Shown here piece by piece: positions 1 to 17,699 of a DNA stretch of 64,000 bases (position 1 is its first letter; each line of letters opens with the position of its first letter). Position numbers and translations under genes: made by a program. The DNA is taken from NCBI RefSeq assembly GCF_009914755.1, contig NC_060929.1; one strand, written 5' to 3'. The notes under the pieces were generated by a model that worked only from the letters and a program-made list of their open reading frames with translations, ran no database searches and had not been told where the DNA came from. The stretch is from the human T2T-CHM13v2.0 reference genome, Homo sapiens.

Positions 1-541
<541 letters not shown>

Positions 542-665
542 CCCTGACTTTTAGATGGAAAACTGACAAACAGAAAGCAATAAAATCAACAAAAAGGATG
601 CCCACGCAAAAACCCCATCCAAAGGTCATCAGCATCAAAGATCAAAGGTAGATAAATCCATAAAT

Positions 666-1687
666 ATGAGGAAAAACCAGCGCAAAAATACTGAAAATTC
701 CAAAAACCAGAATGCTTCTTCTCCTCCAAAGGATCATGACTCCTCACCAGCAAGAGAACAAAACTGGACAGAGAATGAGTTTGACGAACTGATAGAAGTA
801 GACTTCAGAAGGGGGGTAATAATGAAGTGCTCTGAGCTAAAGGAGCATGTTTTAACCCAATGGAAGGAAGCTAAGAACCTTGATAAAATGTTCTGGGAAC
901 TGCTAACTAGAATAATCAGTTTAGAGAAGAACATAAATGACCTGATGGAGCTGAAAAACACAGCGTGAGAACTTCATGAAGCATACACAAGTATCAATAA
1001 CCGAATCCATCGAGCAGAAGAAAGGCTATCAGAGATTGAAGATAAACTTAATGAAATAAATCATGAAGACAAGATTAGAGAAAAAAGAATGAAAAGGAAG
1101 CAACAAAGCCTCCAAGAAATATGGGACTATGTGAAAAGACCAAACCTATGATTGATTGGTGTACCTGAAAGTGATGGGGAGAATGGAACCAAGTTGGAAA
1201 ACCCACTTCAGGATATTATCCGGAACTCCCCAGCCTGGCAAGACAGGCCAACATTCAAATTCAGGAAATACAGAGAACACTACTAAGATACTCCTCGAGA
1301 AGAGCAACCCCAACACACATAATCATCGGATTCACCAAGGTTGAAATGAAGGAGAAAATTTTAAGGATAGCCAGAGAGAAAGGTCAGGTTACCCACAAAG
1401 AGAAGCCCCTAAGTCTAACAGCAGATCTCTCCGCAGAAACCCTACAAGCCAGAAGAGAGTGGGGGCCAATATTAAACACTCTTAAAGAAAAGAATTTTCA
1501 ACCCAGAATTTTATAACCAGCCAAACTAAGCTTCATATGTGAAGGACAAATAAAATACTTTACAGACAAGCAAATGCTGAGGGATTTTGTCACCACCAGA
1601 CCTGCCTTACAAGAGCTCCTGAAGGAAGCACTAAATATGGAAAGGAAAAATTGGTACCAGCCACTGCAAAAACATACCAAAATATAA
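666..1687 (+). pseudogene. Disrupted L1 ORF1
   Basis: ORF 666-968 is an ORF1p N-terminus ending at a TGA (consensus CGA); ORF1 homology continues through frameshifts. Confidence 0.9.
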
Positions 1688-1750
1688 AGACCAATGACAC
1701 TATGAAGAAACTACATCAACTAATGTGCAAAATAACCAGCTAGCATCATG

Positions 1751-4588
<2,838 letters not shown>

Positions 4589-4904
4589 ACAATGAGAACA
4601 TATGGGCACAGGGAAGGGAACATCACACACCAGGGCCTGTCGGGGGGCTCGGGGGAAGGGGAGGGATAGCATTAGGGGAAATACCTAGTGTAGAAGATGG
4701 GTTGATGGGTGCAGCAAACCACCATGGCACATGTATACCTATGTAACATGCCTGCATGTTCTGCATATGTATCCCAGAACTTAAAGTATAATAATAAAAA
4801 AATGCAGAATAAAAATAAATGGAAAAAATATATAAAAATCAGTCTTCTTGCTTGCTTGCTGTCTTTGCTTTCTTGATTTTTCATTTTCTCACATTCTTGC
4901 ATCC

Positions 4905-5285
4905 ATCTTTGTCATATCATACAAAGTAGTTCTGCTGACCTAAAAATCCTGTGCTCTGAATATTCAACTTTAGCCCCTGGCAACTAGAGATGTTTTACTG
5001 TCTTCAGAGTTTTTCCTTTTACGGAATGCCATATTGTTGGAATCATATAGTACACAGCCTTTTCAAGTTAGTTTCTTTCACTTAGTGATATGCATTTAAG
5101 GCTCCTAAATGTATTTTCAAGACTTGAAAACTCATCTCTTTTTACAACACAATAATATCCTATTGTCTAGATGTACCATGGTTTACTTATACGTTGACCT
5201 ACTGAAGGACAACTTGGCTGCTTTTAAGTTTTTACAGTAAAACTGCTAAAAACCTCCATGTGGAGGTTTTTGTCTGAGCATAGAA
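4905..5285 (-). mobile_element. Old L1MC-type 3' fragment
   Basis: cctaaaaatcctgtgctctg...ttggaatcatatagtac...cctactgaaggac resembles the antisense L1MC1-3 3' end. Confidence 0.75.
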
Positions 5286-7729
5286 GCACTATTGCTTTCT
5301 TGATTTTTCATTTTCTCAGATTCTTGTTTCCTTGCATTCTTCTTGCTTTCCAATAAAGAAGTCAGGGGCACTTTGTAGCTGTCATAGACTCAGGGTCCAT
5401 TTGTTATAATTCACCAGTAATGTAATTCTTTTAAAATGTATAACAGATAGGCTGTGCAATCCACTTCAAACAATTAAGTATAAATCGATCATTTCGCTGG
5501 GAGAACCAACTTGGGAAATAATTGTTCAGTAACATTAGTCAATTTTGCTAATAAAAATAATATTTCACTAATATATTTTTCTTCAAAGGTGGCATATATG
5601 GGGTTTCATAAAGTAGGCAACTTCATTTTTTCCTTTATTTAAATGTCTAATCTTTGCAAGGCTTTAACTAGGGGACTTACCCAAAATGAGTTTTCGGATA
5701 CATAAAATTCATACCATTTCTTTTGCTTATACCTGACTATTTAATCCCATGGAGACATGAGCTCTTAATTAAAAACAAAGATAGATATGCCTTGGTTCAA
5801 AATTGTTTTCATTTGAGTGAGCACACTTGTGAAACTGATTTCCTCAATAGCAGGGCCAGGTGGAGAGATGGAAGTCACCTCTGTGTAGCAGCATGCTCCT
5901 CCCAGATCAATAGGAAGCCGGCAATGCCGTCTTCCTCAGTGACCAGATGGGCCAACTCCTACAGAATCGTCCACAGCCATTATTCTGTGCATCAGGCTGT
6001 GCAATTGATTTCACGATAACAGACAAGAGGGAAAGGGCTGTCAGGCTTGACTGCCTCCTGTCAATGCAGGAGCCCTGGAAGAGTGTAATTCAGAAAATTT
6101 TTGTCAATTTGTGTGAGCTAGGGTGAAATCCTGACAGGGTGATTCTTTACTTGTCATGCAGTTTGAATTTGCAGTGGGGAATCTTCTCTTGGGCACCTAG
6201 GCAGTGACTGGCCTGGCTAGAACAGTATGTTATGATGCATGGTTCAATTTCACGGACAACTTCCATGGAGTACTGTTTTCTAAGCAGAGAAGAATAGAAA
6301 AGGTGGAAATAAAGGGTTGAGTTTATTTTAAAAGCCTACCCAAAATATTCCATTTCTCTCAGAATTCCTTCCTTGCCTTTCATATTGTAAACTTATTTAC
6401 CTGTCAGTTTATAAATTTCAATTATCTACAGAATACAAAATTTCCTCTCTGCTTGTAATCAAATAATCAATGGGGGAAATGAAGAAACTAATGCCTCAGG
6501 AACAAGAATGCATACTCTGTAAGCATCACTGCAGTTATATTTTGGCTTGCATAGGGTAAATCAGTTTACAACAATTGTGTCGTGTACAGATGGATTTAAA
6601 ATCATGAATCAGGCTGTGCTAAATCATGTGAAAAGTGTTTGAATGAAAACATTAATTACATCTCATAGGTAAACATCAAAGAAACTAGACAAGTCATGCT
6701 TTTGTTTTGTTTAATACTAGAAATGTCAGAGCTACTTGACTACAAATTCCCTGGGGCTGCTTTGTTTTGTCATATTTCATCTCCTGTACAACTTCATGAA
6801 CATTTAGGTTGTTGCTCTATGATTTAAAAATAATGATGAAGTCAAAGTGTTTTTTTTTTTCCCAAGCTCTTGCTAAAACTTTAATATAGCAACTTAGGGG
6901 CCCACTGGAATAAAAGGTAGTGTCCTGTTCAATATATTGTGAGTGCTCAGGTGCCTATTGGATAGAATTAAATCCATGGAATAAAAGATAAGCCAGCAAC
7001 AAGTCACAGACTAGTAAACAATACAAGATGCAAGTGAGGTTTATTCTAGAATTAAATGGATTTTCTATTTGGAATATTTTAAAAAGAATCAAATCAAAAC
7101 AAAATAAACAAACAAAATTGTGTCATATGGTTTTAGATTAAGCTGTAGCTTTAAAATCGTTCAGTACTTATGTTGTTTTACAATTAGATAGAAGGTTATA
7201 AAAGATGCAATTTGTGTCTTCAAGGAGTTTACATTATAGTATTCATTTAATAAAGTTTTGAGCTCCTAGTAGAGGGATATGTTGAGCCACCCTGGCACTT
7301 TATTGGTATTTCTGAAAATTATGTTAAATCTGAGACATTAGGATATTTTTTATTTCTGATATTTGGTTATATATCATAAAAAGCTTAATTTTCTCTTTTG
7401 GCCTTAATAAATATATGTTCATAATTATATTTGGTTGAAATATTTACTGTTGTTTACCATCAATGGTTTCAAAATAATCATGAATGATTCATACTTTTAG
7501 TATATTTTAAAGCATAATTATAAGTGATTAATATTTATAATAACATCCTGCAGCCCCTAATGAAATTTGATTTGAGATTCACTAAAAGTTAAAGTTAATT
7601 TTGAAAATAACGTGAAAATTTCAAGTACAATAAATAAAATATTAATTAATTAATTTACATTACACCTGCTTATTTATAGATAGGTCAGTAAGATTTGCAT
7701 ATACTTTTCATGCTATTTGTTAAATTTGG

Positions 7730-9675
<1,946 letters not shown>

Positions 9676-10857
9676 TGTCCAATGTTATTTTTAAAATTGT
9701 GTTCATTTATTTATTTTTTTAATGATGAGAGGACAAATCTCCTGTGAGTTACTTCTTCATGACAGAGTAGAAGCCTTGTGTTTTATTTTTTAATTATAAT
9801 TCAAGTAAAAATGTACTATATAATATTAGAAAACATACATTGTGAGACAAGTGAGGCAGAAATATGAATTTATGAGTAAAATATGATGCAAAATTCTAAT
9901 GATTAGGGAGAAACATATTTATATTTAAAATGTGTAAGGGTGGATTTAAAAATCAATAGATATTTAGATTACTTTGGATGCTCTTTAAATTCTTACCTCA
10001 ACATTTTATTTGACAATAGCAACACATACGATATTCTGGAAATTCTATCATTTTCATATATTTGAATTTATGATGACTTTTAAAATCAAGTTTAAATGTA
10101 CTGTGGTTACATTAATTTTCCTCCTTCTTTTAAGGATACTTAACTGAAGACCACTGTGTACAAAAAAATGTTTTTGACAGGTAGCAACAAGATGACTTGT
10201 TGGAGGATATTTTACTTAAAGAATGAGTTGTAATCAAAGACAAGACAAAATGTGAAAATGAGTCTTTTACGTTCAGAGAACAGCAAGAAGCCCCAGTGTT
10301 CTGGTTTGAATTGACTGACTATGAAGGCAATAGAGGTATGTATACACACTCAGACACACATAAGATATACACACTTATATATTACACCACTATATATAAA
10401 AAAAATCTATATATCACTCATGTGACCATTTACACATGATTTTAGATTTTATTCTGTGATAAAGTGGATGCTAGTATAGGTCTTTGGGCAAAGAAAATAC
10501 CATGATAAGATATTATCTACATAAAGATTAACTTAGTGATATACAAAAATGAATGTTGATGGGAAGAAGTGTAGGTAGAGAGATTATTGCAGTTATATAA
10601 GTATTGAGCTCTAGATCTGGGAGGAAGGCTAAGAATGAATGACAAAACTGTTTTGAACTTAAATATAGAAATTATAAATTTAAATTCAAGATTTTTTGTT
10701 TCTCATTTGAAAAATTATTATGAATAAAAATTTCTAGCAGAATTTTATAAGCAAATAATTTTTTGAATATTTAGAGGAGGATAGCAAATTGTTTCTAAAA
10801 TTACATTTTATTGTATCTTGCTGTTCCTTTCATACAGTAAGCATAAAAATGTTTTGT

Positions 10858-11158
10858 GGCTGGGCGCGGTGGCTCACGCCTGTAATCCCAGCACTCTGGG
10901 AGGCCGAGGCGGGTGGATCACGAGATCAGGATATCGAGACCATCCTGGCTAACACGGTGAAACCCCATCTCTACTAAAAAAATACAAAAAATTAGCCGGG
11001 CGTAGTGGCGGGCGCCTGTAGTCCCAGCTACTCAGGAGGCTGAGGCAGGAGAATGGCATGAACCTGGGAGGCAGAGCTTGCAGTGAGCCAAGATCACGCC
11101 ACTGCTCTCCAGCCTGGGCAACGAAGCAAGACTCTGTCTCAAAAAAAAAAAAAAAAAA
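10858..11158 (+). mobile_element. AluY, full length
   Basis: GGATCACGAG, CCATCCTGGCTAACACGG, GAATGGC, GCTTGCAG; A18 tail; TSD approx AAAAA(T)GTTTTGT. Confidence 0.93.
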
Positions 11159-11349
11159 GTTTTGTTAGCCTACCCAGGCGACAGTCATTTTTCTCAGGTG
11201 ACCCTGATTTATCTGGCTCTTGTAAGGCTTCAGGCATCAAGAAAAGTTTTGGTAGGCCTGAAGCCTTCTGGTAAAATTCCTGTGTGTTTGGTACTTAAAT
11301 GCTTCAACTAAAATGAATTGAAGCAAATTTTTAACTAATATGGTAACTG

Positions 11350-11880
11350 TATCTATATTTTTTCTCTATGACAATTGTTAAAGTTTTTCCAATCCAAAAT
11401 TTAGTAGCTTAAAATAACAATGTATTATTTATGACAGTTCTTTTGGATTGACTAGTGAGTTCTACTGTTTTATTGCATCATTTCTGCTGAGACTGTGGCA
11501 CGAAAGGAAAGTCTAAAATGTCATCACTCACATGACTGATAACTGATCCTGGCTTCTGGCTGAGAATTCAGTTGGTGCTAGTAGCAAAGGGCTTTAGTTC
11601 CCCACCATTTGTAAATCACCTTGCCGCTGCCTGAGCTTCCTCACAACATGGTGATCTAAGGGTAGTTGAACTCTTACAATATGGCTGGCTTTCAAGAAAA
11701 GTGGAAACTGCTAGACTTTCTTAAGTTTTTATTCTGAAACCGGAGGAGTGTCAATGTTGCTGCATTCTATTGGTAAAAGCTGGTCATAAGATGTGGCCAA
11801 AGTCACAGAGACAAGTGTCTATCAGTGTGTAAACACCAGGATGTGGTTCAATGAGGAAAACTAAAGATGCAGTCTAATGT
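11350..11880 (-). mobile_element. MaLR solo LTR (MLT1G/H-like)
   Basis: aaaatttagtagcttaaaataacaa, cactcacatgactga, gagcttcctcacaacatggtg, gcattctattggtaaaagc motifs. Confidence 0.65.
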
Positions 11881-12241
11881 TCTATAAATAAAGATCATCA
11901 CTGCTTTCTTTCTTTAGTGACCTCTCTAGCTTTTTGTTACAGTCCCAAAAGATCATACTTGTTTTGTCATCAATGCCAACATTATAAATTAACTAAGCCT
12001 GACTTTTCAGAAATTTCTAAGGTAAAACACTTTTCCCAAAAATTTTGATTTCATGAGGCATTATAAATCATAGACATTAGAATATAAAGAAATCAATGTT
12101 CTTTACATGAATATAAAAATATATTTTTGAAATATTGAAGCTAATTTTTATTAAGAATTACATTTTCATAATCTCCTTGAAAACTACTTTAAATTATGTA
12201 TTAATGCTTTTCACTGCAGAGAGCAAATAATTCATCACATT

Positions 12242-12290
12242 GTGGTGTGTGTGTGTGTGTGTATATGTGTGCATGTGTGTGTGTGCACAC
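12242..12290. repeat. Imperfect (TG)n microsatellite
   Basis: tgtgtgtgtgtgtgtgtatatgtgtgcatgtgtgtgtgtg. Confidence 0.85.
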
Positions 12291-14449
12291 GACATAGATA
12301 TTATTATCATATATCATGTATGTACTATTTATATCATTGTGATGTCACTGAATTATACAAATACAAGTGAAAATTTAATTAACATTGTTAAAAATAAATG
12401 TTATCAATTTTCTTCAATTCATGGAAAGAATGGTATTAGAAGTTCCTAAGAGAATAAAACAGGAAAACTTTTAGCCTTTTTTAGAAGCTCACAGATTATG
12501 ATTTTGATTTTGCAGATGTTATTTTTTGTATTTTTATATTTATTATATCTCTTTGTGAAAGAAAACACAATTAGTATGAATAGTAAGTAGAAACATGAAA
12601 CACTCCAAAATCTTTGTCAGCTAAATAGTTTATACTTTTCTACTTGCTAATCTCTATTCTCAAAAAAGCAAATAAACCATCTTCACCAAACAATCAGGCC
12701 ACAGAAGCACGGAAATGGCAGTCAGTCTTTTATTTTTATATTCAATACAACTACAGACAAGGGACCTGTATTTTTGTACCTGCTTAATATCACATGTATG
12801 AATAGTGAATGCAAATGCTGCTGACAAACAGTTTACAAAGTTAAGTATATCTTGAGAGTTTTACTTTGTTTGAGGATTTTTCAGTTTACTAAGACAAAAA
12901 TTGCTTTCAGCACTTTAAATGTGGTCACATTGTTTAGATACACATCCTCAAGTGTCCTAAATCACAGATATGTATCTTAAATGTCATTGGGGACTGTCTG
13001 TGTTAATCCACCCTTTTTTAGACGAACATGCCCTTGGCAGTTCTATTCAGAATTCAATGATGCTGTTTAATTGACAATTTAAAATTTGCAACATGCAATG
13101 CCTCTATCCCTAATCCCCAAACCATATTTATATCTCTTGTAAGTCATAAGCAGGCCAAGGACACTGAGGTCTTTAAGTTTCAAGAGCCTGTGGGATCTGC
13201 AATGTATATCAGCTTGTACATATGTAACCTGCTGAGAAATAGCAGTGGTGCAGAAAAATATGATTCTATTCCTTGATCAGTATAAGTTAAATGGTTCTTT
13301 ATTTCCTCCATTTCATTATGTATTTCTAGCTCAATGCTGTGAAACCTACTGACGGTAAATCCCTAGAAACTAGGGTATGAGACAGAAGAATTTGTTTACT
13401 TGCAGGGAAATTGCAATTACCCCCTACAGTTTTTTGGGATACAATTTGCAGACCACTTGCATTGAATGTAATCTTTACCAAGGACAAATTGTTTTTGTTT
13501 GTGATGGAATTTAAGAGTCTTTCTGAATATGCAAGAGAGGAGGAATTTTGTGACAGAAGAAATTTGCTGTTACCTTAATAAATAACAAAAATAAAATAAC
13601 TATAACGATTTATAATGTCTTAGGTTGCTAATAGCTGGAGGGATAAAATAAAAGAAGGAGCAGTTCATGAAAATAATAAAGACAGAAAACAACTTACTAA
13701 GAAAAAATAAGCAAAGTATATGGTCATCATCTCAAATTTCATACACAAACATGAAGATTTACCTTTTCAATAATTTCACATTTTTATTATAACACTAATA
13801 TAGGTATTTTATTTTATTTCACTGTAAGAGTTGTTTAAAAAGAAATAAGCATCTCTGCCTGTACTGTGTGGTTCAATAATTATTGTTTCTGTCAGAGACT
13901 TAAAAAATGGAAAAGTTAAAAAAGTGATAGTGAGAAAGCCAGCATTTTAAGGATGCCTTAATTATATACACATTTAGAAGAAAGTAAGAAGATTAAGTAA
14001 AAAGTTCAGCAATTGAATGTTTAAAATCATTTTTGATGAAAACGTTAACATTATGATTTGTAGATGACAGTGTGTTGCACACGTAGAGAACACTACGGTG
14101 TACTAGATAAAGCAAATGAAGATATGAAAAAAGTTATGGATTAAAATTTAAGAATTTTAAGAAATGTAAGAATTTTATATGTATTTGAATACTATATCTA
14201 AAACAACTCTAATAGCCTCTCCATTTTTTAGTCTTGAAGTAGAGGTGTATTAGGGAAGGAAACCTGTCTTAACTCCTTTGAAAATTTTCCTAAGGAGCAG
14301 GTGAGATATTTAATTAGAGCCGTTTTTTAAAACTCAAAAACATAGTTCACCTTTGCCTAAAATAGAATAACTGATACAAGACTTAGCCACTCAAAATTTT
14401 TTAAAATACTGCAGAAGTAGACAAAATATATGTAGCTACCCTTTCTTAT

Positions 14450-17400
14450 GCATTGGACAAGAGTCAATATAGGACTGTAATTCTTTATATAAGGGAAATA
14501 TGTGAGATTTTTTACCCAGCTTTGTGCCTGGGAGCACTTTTCTGACTGTGGCCCCTGGAAGAGAAGCCCAAGAGAATGTGATGATCTCTCTGATGTTAGT
14601 AGGCATAGAGAGGATTCCCCGGAAACTGAAGCAGCTGAAACTCATAGGCAGAATTCTGAAAAGAGTTGCTGAGGAAGTTAGGTTAGATAAAAATTCAAGA
14701 AGGGCTTCCACATAAGTTCATGATTAATGTCTGCAGTGTTTGTTCACAGGGTGAGGCTCTCTGCAAGGTTGAGGAGAGAGTAGGTGTTGCTGGGATAAAA
14801 AATACATCAAGATTCCTGAGGTAACATGTTGCTGAAAGAAGTTGGAATTTTAGGCCGCCTACCATGTTCTGAATAAGAGAGCATTTGGCTGAGACCAGAA
14901 CTTTAAAAATAAGCAACATGCTATAGAGTAAAGGCAATATCACAGAACTAAGCAGAACTGCAGAGAACTAAGCAAGACTGCATGCAGTAGACTTGCTCTA
15001 GAAAAAAAAAAATAATATGATGATGACTAACAGGATAAAGAAAAATCTACTGGTAGTTCAAATTCAATTCCTGCTGGAGCAAAAGTAAATACTTTTCAAA
15101 AAAAGGTAATAAAAACATTATCTGTAATGTATCATCAACAATGTCTAGTATGCAATTAAAATCTACTTGACATGTGAAGAAATAAATAAAATATTATCCT
15201 TAAACAAGAGAAATAAAAGTCAATAAAAGCCAATTCTGTCATGACTTGTAAGTTAGAATAAGAAGACAAGAACTTTAAAATGCCTGTTTTAAATATAATC
15301 AAGTAAATAAGAAAAGGTAGGCATAGTGAATGATCAGATGAAAAAATCTCATAGAACTAGAAACATTAAATAAGAAACAAATAAAAATTCTATAGTTGAT
15401 TAGTACAATATCAAAATGTTTAAAAAGAATCACAGAAGATCCTTAGCAAAAGATTGTGGACTAAAAAAAGAAATCGGTGAACTTGAAGACAGATTAATAG
15501 GACATAAAACATTAAAGAAAAATATTAAACAGAGCTTTATTGACCTGTGGGGCAATATCTCTTAGTTTAACACATGTACGAATGAATATCACAAGAAGAA
15601 AAGAGAAAAGTGGGACTGATAAAAATAACTGAAAAATAAGCCAAAGATTTTTTTTAAAATAGTGAAAAACCTACCTTTTGTGGTATAATGCATCTGCAAA
15701 TGCACAGATCATAGAAGGTCACACACACGGCACCTCAAACAGAATAAACAAACACACTGAGAATCTGGGAACACTGTAGTTAAACTAGTAAGAATAAAAT
15801 AGAACATCAGAAAAAGATGATGTTACAAAAAGGTGCATTACAATTTGAAAACAGTTTGCTTTTTGTCAAACTAATAGAGGCCAGTGAATGATGGAACATC
15901 TTTCGAGTGTTGGGAAAAGAAAAAAAAAAAACTGCCAAACTAGAATTCTACATTTAGCAATATATATCCATTGAAAATGAGGGTAAAATATAGTGTCACA
16001 TAATCAGAAGTACAAAGGGTTCATTTCTAGCACCTTTTCATTACAGCAAATGCTAATTAATGTCCTTATGATGCGAAGAATGGGATGCTAGATGGAAACT
16101 TTGCTATACAGCAACAAAACTGAGCTAAAGAATTGTTATATATATGGGAATACATAAGAGACCTGTTTGTACTTTTAAATCCTTTAAAACACAATAATAA
16201 TTTTAAGAGAAAGTATTTTTATTGCATTTTGGAACTAAAAGGTATAATTGGATTATTTGTAACACAAAAGGTAAATGCTTGAAGTGGTGGATACCTCATT
16301 TACCCTCATGTGATTATTATGCACTGCATGCCTGTATCAAAATATGTCATGTACTACATAAGTATATACACCTACTATGTACCCACAAAAGTTAGTAATT
16401 GAAAATTTAAAAAATGTATTTGGGGAAGAGAAAGTATTTAAAGAAGTTAAATATGTCATAATAGCACAAAGGATACAGAAGTATAAATGCAATTACACAA
16501 ATGAAAGTTTCTTGCATTTTATATATAGAGTTGCAATATTAACTTTATATTCAAAAATGTATATTTTATTTCCTAGAGTAATGCCAGAAAAGTAATACAA
16601 AAACATAACGATAAAAAAATAAGTTTATTAAAACTCAAAGAAAAAAGAAGACCTTATCCCACAAAATTGCAGAAATAAAAAACAAATGACCTAAAAAATG
16701 AACAAGACAAATACAAAACAAATGGAAAGGCAGTATTCTTTAACCTAAATATCTCAATTTTTATATTAAATATGTATTGACTAGATACCCCAGATAAAAA
16801 TAAAAATTGTTAGACAGTATGTAAAAGTAGTCCCAATTATATGTTATCTGTATGTATTTAAACATAAATACACAAAAAGCTTAGAGGCAAAGGGATGGAA
16901 AAACATGATATGAAAATTATTTGTATAAAGTCTGCATTAATATATTAACAGAAAAAATGTGGCTTTTAGTAGAAATAATATTCACAGAGATTTAAAGGCC
17001 TATACCAGAATGACAAAAAAATTAATTCATCAAGAATTGACAATCTGAAATATGCATTCACCTAATAATGAAGTCTTAAAATGTATGAAGCAAAAACTAC
17101 CAGTTCTATTGAAAGAAATGGGAAAATACACATTCATGGATTTATTTTTTACACCCGCCTTTTAGTAACATATAGAACAAATAAATATAAGGATATAGAA
17201 GATTTGAATTACACTATTAATCAAATTGACCAAATTAACATTTATAGAAGCCTGTAGCCAATAAATATAGAATATACAATGTTTTTAAGTACACATAGAA
17301 TGCTTAAAAAACTAAACTTAAAAAGTCACAATATTTTAAAAGCAAATCTTACAGAATATGATGTCTGACCACAACACAATATAACTAGAAAGCAATAATA

Positions 17401-17620
17401 GTAAGATATCTAAAAATTACCCAAATCATTTAAAACTTCTAATTAATACCAAGATAAATGAAAAAAAAGTACAGAGAAATTAGGAGACACTTTACATTAC
17501 TAAATGAAAACCCTAATCTAACCATAACCCTAATAATAGACAACATAAACTTTGTATGGTACAACTTAAGAATTGCTTAGAAGAATATTTATAGCTTTAA
17601 AAGATATCTTAAAATATACT
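14450..17620 (+). mobile_element. Ancient L1M element (5' region, ORF1 and ORF2 endonuclease remnants), interrupted
   Basis: A-rich degraded ORF1 (gaacttgaagacaga, gacctgtggggcaatat, aaactagaattctacatttagcaa) and EN remnants (tatgcattcacctaata, tctgaccacaac); left boundary uncertain. Confidence 0.65.
16219..16425 (+). mobile_element. Short L1MA2/3-like 3' end nested in the older L1
   Basis: ataattggattatttgtaacacaaaagg...cacctactatgtacccacaaaa; flanked by AAGAGAAAGTATTT at 16205-16218 and 16426-16439. Confidence 0.8.
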
Positions 17621-17699
17621 ACAGTGTATATTTGAACTGATAGTCATGAGTCCTGGGACTGGAGTATAATAAAGAAACAGATCACGTTACTGCCTCTCT

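Noticed and set aside
17509-17535. Telomere-like ccctaatctaaccataaccctaa
   Set aside because: Only about four degenerate units inside a decayed L1; chance is plausible
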